From Octopus sinensis (lineage: Eukaryota), in assembly GCF_006345805.1 (NCBI RefSeq), contig NW_021828715.1, forward strand, positions 1 through 7,711: a stretch of 7,711 nt of DNA. The letters run 5' to 3'. A program made the position numbers and the translations under genes. The notes under the pieces were generated by a model. The model did not search any database and was not told the DNA's origin. It worked only from the letters and a program-made list of their open reading frames with translations. Below are positions 1 through 7,057 of the stretch, piece by piece. Positions within the stretch are counted from its first letter, which is position 1, and each line of letters starts with the position of its first letter.

Positions 1-661
1 CGTAAGTATGTATGTACGTACATATGTATATATGTGTGTGCGGTGTGAGTACAAATATGTATTTATTTACATGCATATAGAAACCATATATACATATGTT
101 ATAGTGCATAAAATTTTTAACATGGAGAAGAATCCACTATGCTAGAAAGGGCATTTAAGACCCTATCACAAAAGAAAGATTCTTCTTTAAAGGCACGTTA
201 CTTGTGGGCGGTTGAGATATTTAAATGAATGAAAAAAAATCAGTTAATCATATACCAACGAGTTTCGCTATTAATGATCAATTAAATTATTAATTAGTCA
301 ATCAATTGATTAATTGGCCATCCGTAGATCCTCAGTAAGATCGCTGAACAATACATAATTATGAAACTACAATACGTACCGAAAAAACACACGTGTACTT
401 AGTTTCATCTTTATACATCATGGATTCAAAATTAAATATCCTCAAAACATCTCTCCGTGTATAAAATCTTATGCATTATTATATAGAAATATTTATATCT
501 TCTGACTTTTAATTACGTATGCTGACCACTGGTAAAAAAAATTATCAATATTTTTTAATAATTTTTTACCCTGTATTTGTATACTTAAATATTTCGATTC
601 TTCGGCCGAGTATCACACTGTCGAATTTATTCACTGCGGTACAATTCTGGCTCGGTACAAT

Positions 662-893
662 GCGGCGAGCTGGCAGAAACGTTAGCACGCCGGGAGAAAT
701 GCGTAGCCGTATTTCGTCTGTCGTTACGTTCTGAGTTCAAATTCCGCCGAGGTCGACTTTGCCTTTCATCCTTTCGGGGTCGATAAATTAAGTACCAGTT
801 ACGGACTGGGGTCGATGTAATCGATTTAATACCCATGTCTGTCCTTGTTTGTCCCCTCTGTCTCTAGCCCCTTGTGGATAATAAAGCAATAGG
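662..893 (+). mobile_element. tRNA-derived SINE, family A copy 1 (near full length), with a Meta/MESC-like central domain
   Basis: Head GCGGCGAGCTGGCAGAA, Pol III B-box GAGTTCAAATTCC (733-745), central GCCTTTCATCCTTTCGGGGTCGATAAATTAAGTACCAG. About 90% identical by hand alignment to the reverse complement of 2427-2658. Flanked by the direct repeat GGTACAATTCTGGCTC (638-653, 892-907). The domain name is from recall. Confidence 0.9.
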
Positions 894-962
894 TACAATT
901 CTGGCTCAGCACGACAAGCAAATGGAACGTTGGCAAGAAGTCGTGAATAATGAAGGAGAATA

Positions 963-1166
963 CGAGAGGGTGCTAAAAAGTTTCTGGCTCTTGGTAAGAG
1001 AAAATACAGGAGGATCAGTTAATTATGATTTTATTCAACATATTCCCCTCTCAGATTCACGTACTTATTACAGCGGTCCTTCAGTTTTTCTAAGCCCTGT
1101 AAAAGAACTCGGAAAGTTTGGCTTTCACGATACCCTTAAAACCAGGGACTTTTCAGCACCCCTTCG
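963..1166 (-). mobile_element. Mariner-type non-autonomous element (internal deletion derivative/MITE) retaining the transposase C-terminus
   Basis: TA at 961-962 and 1167-1168. Imperfect terminal inverted repeats TACGAGAGGGTGCTAAAAAGTTTCTGGCT vs revcomp TACGAAGGGGTGCTGAAAAGTCCCTGGTT (23/29 including TA). Minus strand 1102-1031 reads LQGLEKLKDRCNKYVNLRGEYVE*, like the mariner transposase C-terminus (GIxKLxxRWxKCxxxxGxYVE). Confidence 0.88.
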
Positions 1167-1210
1167 TATATTTCTGACTGATTTGTTAAAATTATTGATT
1201 TAAAAAAACT

Positions 1211-1310
1211 ACTTTTGCACAAGAGCAAAACGCACAGCCGGTCTGGGTATCGAAACCATGATTTCTCAACCAGGAGTGCATCACCCTAACCACTAGGCCA
1301 CACACCTGCA
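1211..1310 (-). mobile_element. Truncated, diverged tRNA-derived SINE head
   Basis: Minus strand: A-box TGGCCTAGTGG (1300-1290), B-box-like GGTTTCGATACC (1257-1246), then CTCTTGTGCAAAAG, resembling the start of a CORE-like segment. No complete cloverleaf. Confidence 0.65.
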
Positions 1311-1330
1311 CTAATAGTCTGATAGTCTTG

Positions 1331-1370
1331 CAGTGTGGCAGTGTGGAAGTGTGGTAGTGTAGTCGTGTAG
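1331..1370. repeat. Degenerate 8-bp tandem repeat (NAGTGTGG) x5
   Basis: cagtgtgg cagtgtgg aagtgtgg tagtgtag tcgtgtag. Confidence 0.8.
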
Positions 1371-1560
1371 GAGCTACAGATGAGACAATAAACTCCAGAT
1401 GTCACCCAGATGATATTACAATAGTTTGGGAAATGAATTACTTCTGAGTAACTGGAAAGTCACGTGAAATGTGACACCCCCACTCCCCGCCCATCATATT
1501 GTGTTTGGTAATGGAGAATGGGTTGATGGTATTAAACATGAAACTAAAGAATTTGAATGG

Positions 1561-1844
1561 CATACACACACAGGCATATATGTATGTGTGTGTGAGTATG
1601 TGTGAGTATATGTAAGTGTATGTACGTATGTATCTATATATCTACATAGCGCAGTGAAACGTTGACGCTGCAATATGTGTATGTGTGTGTGTGTGTGTGT
1701 GTGTTTGTGTCTGTGCGTATTTGTCTGTGTCTGTCTGTGTGCGTGCGTGACTATTGTGTGTGTGTGTGTGTGTGCAAAGTGAGAGATATAAAGAAACATG
1801 CATACAAATACATATGCATGTGCATGTATATATATATATATATA

Positions 1845-1879
<35 letters not shown>

Positions 1880-2049
1880 GTGCATTCATATGTATACGTA
1901 TGCATGTTTCTCTCTCTTTGTACACACACACACACACACATATATATGCATAGATGTATGCCTATATATAAATATGTATATTTATGTATCTAAGGACGTA
2001 CGTACGTATGTATGTATGTATGTATGTATGTATGTATGTATGTATGTAT
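1561..2049. repeat. Compound microsatellite block (TG)n/(TA)n/(CA)n/(TATG)n
   Basis: Visible runs, e.g. (TG)n 1682-1703 and 1846-1878, (TA)n 1827-1844, (CA)n 1922-1940, (TATG)n 2007-2049. Confidence 0.97.
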
Positions 2050-2227
2050 CTAGTCTACACTAATGCGATTGCTTCTTTATGCCTATTCTTAAGTATAGAT
2101 ATGAAGAAGAAATCGTAGCACTGGCATTCCAGAAAGAAGAGTATTATAATATTAATGGAGGCTGATATTTCACGACTCGTCATCCCAGTTTTTCGTTACC
2201 CCTCTTCAGGCTGTTATGTAAAATATA

Positions 2228-2377
2228 ATATGAATTTTAATACATAATGCAAGAAGCAAACTATATTTTTGTACATAATGTAATAACCATACTTTATTTT
2301 GGTGTAGATATGATTAACAAACTTTATTTTGCGGTATAATTTAATAGATATACTATATGGTGTATATTAAGTTAAGC
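2228..2377. repeat. Degenerate ~30-bp AT-rich minisatellite
   Basis: Units start at 2258 (aaactatattttt), 2289 (atactttattttgg), 2319 (aaactttattttgc) and 2350 (atactatatgg), with a partial unit before 2258. Confidence 0.6.
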
Positions 2378-2426
2378 GTCAGGAAGCGTCCCAATACTCA
2401 CCATGAAAAGAGAGATTTCATAATAT

Positions 2427-2658
2427 CTGTTTCTTTACTACCCACAAGGGGCTAAACACAGAGGGGACAAACAAGGACAGACAAACGGATTAAGTCGATT
2501 ACATCGACCCCAGTGCATAACTGGTGCTTAATTTATCGACCCCGAAAGGATGAAAGGCAAAGTCGATCTCGGCGGAATTTGAACTCAGAACGTAACGGCA
2601 GACGAAATACGGCTACGCATTTCGCCCGGCATGCTAACGCTTCTGCCAGCTCGCTGCC
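2427..2658 (-). mobile_element. tRNA-derived SINE, family A copy 2 (near full length, inverted relative to copy 1)
   Basis: The reverse complement aligns end to end with 661-893 with about 22 differences in about 234 nt (hand count). Same B-box and central domain. Confidence 0.92.
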
Positions 2659-2920
2659 ATCAACTAACCACACTGTTTTTTTTTTTAAAGAAGGAAATTT
2701 TGAGCCACCATTTCTGTATAACAAAATAGTAATAACTAGAGTCCAGATGCATGACCCTACAGCCAGATCCGAGAACTGATCTGTTATTTCTCTACTCTCC
2801 ATTTTTTCAATTTAAGAAGCTGCAAACAAGTATGGTTTCTGATCACAGAGAGACTAAAACTTTAGTACCCACTAATTGACAATTCAGACACGTTTTATCT
2901 TCTTGCCAAAAACTCTATTA
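2654..2920. repeat. Unclassified dispersed repeat, copy 1 (direct repeat of ~4007-4299)
   Basis: Shares AAGGAAATTTTGAGC..CCATTTCTGTATAACAAAATA..TAGAGTCCAGATGC.TGACCCTACAGCCAGATCCGAGAACTG.TCTGTTATTTCTCTACTC..TTTTATCTTCTTG..AAAACTCTATTA with the copy near 4100-4299. Carries about 35 extra nt at 2830-2864. Confidence 0.9.
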
Positions 2921-3215
2921 CTGAGCAGAAGAAAATGGTGGTCTATGTCTAGAAAGGACAGCCTGGAGTCTTGAATTTCTGGATGATAGAGAGTCCAAAA
3001 GTAATCTTGTTTGGAGTCTGTTGTTGCATGTTGCATTAGTCTTGTTATGTCCTTCATGAAAAGTGAGCAATGCGGGATGATAATATGCCTACAGCTGTAA
3101 TTGCCCCACCGGACCAGTGTTGTTCTTTATATCTAAAAGTATGCTCAACTACGACAGCGGAGAAAAATCCGCGTTGGACGAATGCACAAAGGCAGAGACG
3201 CTGCTGTAGTTCTTG

Positions 3216-3620
3216 GCAAAATTTACTGCTATATTAATCAAAAGAACTTAGAGTTAAGTTGAGGGTCTGTGGCAGAAAAGCCATCAAACCTTTTGAAGCT
3301 GTATCTGCAATGAGAAAACAATTGTGGCGAAACCGATTTCAAAAGATTTAACGAGATTCAACGAGAAGGTCACAGCGATGAGCGTAGAATCCATCGGGTA
3401 AACCAAAAGGCATGAGAGTGCGCGCAGTCAAAGCTGTCGGCATCTCAATCAAAGGAGAGAAATTGAAGATGTCAGTCATTTCACATATATAGGAAACGGT
3501 GAGGGTGGAAGAGACCAGGACATGAAAACAAGAATTGGAGAAGCTGACTTCGGGATGCTCAGACCAATCTGAAGATCACAGACATGGTCAACAAACACAA
3601 AACTCAGGATCTTTAAGACT
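3216..3620 (+). mobile_element. Decayed non-LTR retrotransposon (RTE-type LINE) reverse transcriptase C-terminal/thumb fragment
   Basis: 3459-3620 reads EIEDVSHFTYIGNGEGGRDQDMKTRIGEADFGMLRPI*RSQTWSTNTKLRIFKT, matching the RTE-clade pattern (E.V..FTYLGS.....GG...DI..RIGKA...F..L..IW.S......TKLRIF). Frameshifted upstream remnants: GMRVRAVKAVGISIKGE, plus weaker KPFEAVSAMRKQ (3286-3321) and AKFTAILIKRT* (3216-3251). No YADD motif seen. The upstream boundary is uncertain. Confidence 0.82.
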
Positions 3621-3850
3621 GTGTGTGTGTGTGTATGTGTGTGTATTATAATTGTCCATACAGATACATACACACACACACACACATACTCATGTGAACG
3701 CACACACCGCCCTGACCAACGCATCACACACTTGCACACGCACACAGACATACACACGCGTACACACCTACATACATACACACATGTACACACACACACA
3801 CACACATAAATCTGCTATTCGCACATTCACACATGCACTTACACACAAAT
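3620..3850. repeat. (TG)n followed by degenerate (CA)n microsatellite block
   Basis: Visible dinucleotide runs that truncate the RTE fragment. Confidence 0.95.
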
Positions 3851-3992
3851 ATACAACATTCTTCACTTATGAGTCATACATATAAACCCCAAAACACCAG
3901 CCAAAACTACTGAACCATAACATCCAGCCCACCAAACAAGCCTTTCTTGGCTCCGCAACAACTATTTGAAATCAGAACAATCGGGAACTACT

Positions 3993-4299
3993 TTTTGATC
4001 ATGTGACTGCCATCAACCAACCACACTGTTTTGTTTTTTTTCAAAACAGAACCAACTTTTGATCACGAGGCTGCCATAAACCAGCCACATTGTTTTTTAA
4101 AATTAAGGAAATTTTGAGCCACCATTTCTGTATAACAAAATATCAATAAATAGAGTCCAGATGCGTGACCCTACAGCCAGATCCGAGAACTGCTCTGTTA
4201 TTTCTCTACTCACTATTTTTTCAATTTAAGATGCTGCAAACAATTACCCACTGATTGACAAACCAGACACATTTTATCTTCTTGTCCAAAACTCTATTA
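3993..4299. repeat. Unclassified dispersed repeat, copy 2, with a tandemly duplicated 64-bp head
   Basis: The head TTTTGATCA....CTGCCAT.AACCA.CCACA.TGTTTT occurs at 3993 and 4057. The body matches 2690-2920. Confidence 0.88.
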
Positions 4300-4525
4300 G
4301 TTGATTTGGATATATTTATGTAAACTAATTTCTATCTTCTTATGACTGTAAAAAAATTTATTACCTGATCTGAATGTTTTTATGTAAACTATTTTCCGAC
4401 TCATCACAGGGAATACACAAAGCCTCAAACTTTTTATCATTGTCAAAGAGTCTAACACTTGGTTTGAATACATTTATGTAAACTAATTTTTGACTTCACA
4501 GAGGATACACAAAGTCTCATGCTTT
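4272..4525. repeat. Degenerate tandem sub-repeats continuing the unclassified repeat
   Basis: TTTATGTAAACTA(A/T)TTT at 4315, 4379 and 4473. TCACAG..ATACACAAAG.CTCA occurs twice (~4405, ~4496). 4272-4331 resembles 4431-4489. Confidence 0.7.
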
Positions 4526-4633
4526 ACTTTTGAAAATCCTTTTAAATAAGTGAAACCGATTGAGTTAATAAATATTTTAAAAAGACTCTTGCTTTTTCAG
4601 ATTCTTTTCCTAATACATACATACATACATACA

Positions 4634-5027
4634 TCTTTATATATAAAAGTGAGGTTGTGTGCTGTCTGTCTCCTACGATTTAGATTCCAAACTACTCCCA
4701 CATTTTGCGATGCAGTGTAACCAAAAGCGGTTATCTTATAGTCGTGATTCATATCGAGCCCGTCTGGGTATTAGCGCGCGTCTACGATAAGTCTACGATT
4801 TAAAAAAAAATTTATCATCAATTTTTCCCATTTTTAATGCATTTTTGGCATATATAAGGGAAGTAACTCTCTAAAAATTTATTAAATCTCAGAACGTAAA
4901 AAGCTACAGTAATACCACCCCCTTTGTGGTTAGCCATATTGAGATGGCTATTATACTTTACATCTCTAAAAATGCTTATATAGTTATTTCCCTTACAAAC
5001 CCGAGCAACGCCGGGCGATACTGCTAG
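4634..5027 (+). mobile_element. Non-autonomous Helitron (394 bp)
   Basis: Starts with TC (A|TCTTTATATATAAAAG) and ends with CTAG|T. Subterminal GC-rich hairpin CCCGAGCAACGCCGGG (5000-5015) lies 8 nt before CTAG. Inserted between A and T with no TSD. These are the canonical Helitron termini. Confidence 0.88.
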
Positions 5028-5111
5028 TATATATATATATATATTACTGACGCGGTAAGACTTTATATATATTCATAGGTAGTAGTCATGGCAGTGAAGT
5101 ACAAGTAGGTA

Positions 5112-5376
5112 TAGATGATTGAGAATGGTTCTGGTGGGGGGATGATGGTGGTGATGGTAGTGGTGGTGATGATGGTGATAGCAGACCTGGTGATGATGTT
5201 GATGGTGGTGGTTGTGGTGATGGCGGAGTTGGTGTTGTTCGTGGTGTAGAAGTGGTGATGAGGATGATGATGATGGTGGTGGTAGTGGTGGTTGTGGTGG
5301 TGCTGGTGGAGTGGTAACGTTGATAGTGCTGGTCGAGGTGATGGCGATGGCTGTGATGATGGCAACGGTAGTGGTG
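5112..5376. repeat. Low-complexity (GGT)n/(GAT)n trinucleotide region
   Basis: Mixed GGT/GAT/GTT triplets that explain the His/Thr-rich ORF 5063-5365. Confidence 0.92.
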
Positions 5377-5581
5377 AAGATATTTTCGAAGCGTTAGCTG
5401 TACACTAGTTGGATATTACAGCGAGTATTGTTTACTACATTTATTCATCTAAAAAACATATGAAGACATATGAGGAGCAGATGTTGCATTAACCCGCCCC
5501 TACTTCCAACACACCCTCTCCCCATAAACAACCAGAAAACCGCCTCCCCACTAAACCTGTATATCTTCTATTTAGTCTTTT

Positions 5582-5652
5582 CACACACACACACACACAC
5601 AGACGAACACGCACACGAACATGCACACACACACACACATACTCATACATAC
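5582..5652. repeat. Interrupted (CA)n microsatellite
   Basis: Visible CA runs immediately upstream of the SINE at 5655. Confidence 0.93.
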
Positions 5653-5654
5653 GC

Positions 5655-5820
5655 GAGTGGCTGTGTGGTAAGTAGCTTGCTTACCAACCACATGGTTCCG
5701 GGTTCAGTCCCACTGCGTGGCGCACCTTGGGCAAGTGCCTTCTACTATAGCCTCGGGACGACCAAAGCCTTGTGAGTGGATTTGGTAGACGGAAACTGAA
5801 AGAAGCCCGTCGTATATATG

Positions 5821-5853
<33 letters not shown>

Positions 5854-6078
5854 ATATCTTTGCGTGTCTGTGCTTGTCCCCCCAACATCGCTTGACAACC
5901 GATGCTGGTGTGATTACGTCCCCGTAACTTAGCAGTTCGGCAAAAGAGACTAATAGAATAAGTACTAGGCTTTCAAAGAATAAGTCCCAGGGTTTATTTG
6001 CTCGACTAAAGGTGGTGCTCCAGCATGGCCACAGTCAAATGACTGAAACAAGTAAAAGAGTAAAAGAGTAAAGAGAGT
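5655..6078 (+). mobile_element. tRNA-derived CORE-type SINE (family B; resembles octopus OR-type SINEs) with an internal (TA)n(TG)n tract and GTAAAAGA tail
   Basis: A-box TGGCTGTGTGG (5658-5668), B-box-like GGTTCAGTCCC (5701-5711), CORE/MIR-like CCTTGGGCAAGT from 5726, internal microsatellite ~5813-5853, tandem tail GTAAAAGA GTAAAAGA GTAAAGAGA GT (6052-6078). The family name is from recall. Confidence 0.85.
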
Positions 6079-6085
6079 ATCCATG

Positions 6086-6200
6086 CATACATACATACAT
6101 ACATACATACATACATACATACATACATACATACATACATACATGCGTACTACGTACGTACGTGTGTATGCGTGTGTATGCGTGTGTATGCGTGTGTATG
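6086..6200. repeat. (CATA)n microsatellite, short (TACG)n, then (CGTGTGTATG) x4
   Basis: Perfect CATA run 6086-6144 and four perfect 10-mers at 6161-6200. Confidence 0.97.
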
Positions 6201-6202
6201 CA

Positions 6203-6582
6203 CAGGGTGTTCGGGCTCAATTTGAAAGTTTGTATAAGAGGAAAACACAATGTCTCATCCAAAATAAAAGTATTTAAAAAGTCTAAATCTATCAACTAAA
6301 CTATGGCTGGGAGATAACAGTTTGCTCAAAACAGCCACTCTTAGTTTCTACCACAGCCTCAAGACAGCTTCATAATCTGGGACGATCTTCGAGCACCTCC
6401 TTGATCTTGAACACCAGAGCGGTTGGCGTCTTTCTCAGTTGTGACCAACACATAGCAATCTATGGGATTACAGTCGGGGCGGGGGGAGGATTAGGAGGCC
6501 AGAAATTGGAGCAGGTGAAATCGTAGAAATTCTCCGACAACCACTTCTGACTTTTCCTGGATGTATGACGGAGAGCTGAATC
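6203..6582 (-). mobile_element. Tc1/mariner DD37D (maT-like) transposon relic: 3' part of the transposase pseudogene plus terminal repeat
   Basis: Minus strand from 6582 reads DSALRHTSRKSQKWLSENFYDFTCSNFWPPN / (frameshift in C-tract) DCNPIDCYVLVTTEKDANRS / LVFKIKEVLEDRPR..L*SCLEAVVETKSGCFE. Restoring the SP dipeptide gives 37 residues between the 2nd and 3rd catalytic D. The end CAGGGTGTTCGGGCTCAATTTGAAAG at 6203 looks like a Tc1/mariner TIR, preceded by CA instead of TA. Confidence 0.87.
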
Positions 6583-6583
6583 C

Positions 6584-7056
6584 GTCTACTATACTGAATA
6601 TACTCAAGCATTCACTTATCCATGAGTGTGAGATCATGTCGCGGACTTTCCTGTAATCTATCCATGCTATTGTTAGATTTTTCTTTCTAGCTTTTACTTC
6701 ATTTAGAACTGCTTTGTCTATATACAATAGATCATGCATTCCTCTAACCTTCTTCCTGCAACATTTCTGTTCTTCTGGTAGTAAACTCTGGTTGTCAAGG
6801 TGCTCCTAAATGCTTTCTAAAAGCATTCCTGTTAACAGCCTCCACACTAATGGTAAGCAAGTAATTGATCTATAATTGCTAGCTATACTACTCTTGCTTT
6901 TATCTTTCATAAGGAGTATTGTTCTTCCACTAATCATCCAATCTAGTATTATTCCTCCATTAAAGCAAACCTGAAGTTGTTCCCTCAGCCTTCCATGTAA
7001 ACTACTTTCGTTAACCAGTACTCTTGAACTAAATCTCGTCCTGAGCCCTTCAAGTT
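6584..7056 (-). mobile_element. Decayed R4/Dong-type non-LTR retrotransposon reverse transcriptase fragment (domains ~0-3)
   Basis: Reads NLKGSGRDLVQEYWLTK / SSLHGRLREQLQVCFNGGIILDWMISGRTILLMKDKSKSSIASNYRSITCLPLVWRLLTGMLLESI*EHLDNQSLLPEEQKCCRKKVRGMHDLLYIDKAVLNEVKARKKNLTIAWIDYRKVRDMISHSWISECLSIFSI. This matches the R4/Dong motifs NYRPITCL, LPEEQKGCR and AWIDYKKAYDxVPHSW. One frameshift and a stop at 6808-6806. Confidence 0.9.
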
Positions 7057-7057
7057 C

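Noticed and set aside
519-836. ORFs 519-734 (+) and 627-836 (-), and their similarity to ORFs 2513-2779 and 2533-2802
   Set aside because: The shared peptide (WYLIYRPRKDERQSR) is just a translation of the two SINE copies, not a gene family.
874-1203. 109-aa ORF on the + strand
   Set aside because: Starts at GTG inside the SINE tail and runs antisense through the mariner derivative; no recognisable domain.
1494-2063. HT/CV-rich ORFs here and at 3476-3885, 5470-5898 and 6035-6295
   Set aside because: Stop-free translations of CA/TG/TATG microsatellites and SINE sequence.
2155-2215. Hammerhead-like core on the minus strand (CTGAAGA ... GAAATATC), reminiscent of Penelope-element ribozymes
   Set aside because: Stem I cannot form (the flanks are direct CAGCC repeats, not complementary) and stem II pairing is poor. 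At best a badly decayed relic.
2654-4299. LTR retrotransposon interpretation of the direct repeats flanking an RT fragment
   Set aside because: No TG..CA termini, PBS, PPT or TSD, and the enclosed RT is non-LTR (RTE-type).
4315-4489. CRISPR-like repeat-spacer pattern (three TTTATGTAAACTA repeats)
   Set aside because: Repeats are short, spacing is irregular (64 and 94 nt), the spacers resemble each other, there are no cas genes, and the context is eukaryotic.
5063-5365. His/Thr-rich 100-aa ORF
   Set aside because: Product of the (GGT/GAT)n low-complexity tract; no evidence of an exon.
5655-5725. tRNA gene (also considered at 1240-1310 and 662-748)
   Set aside because: A/B boxes are present, but there is no canonical cloverleaf and each continues into SINE body sequence.
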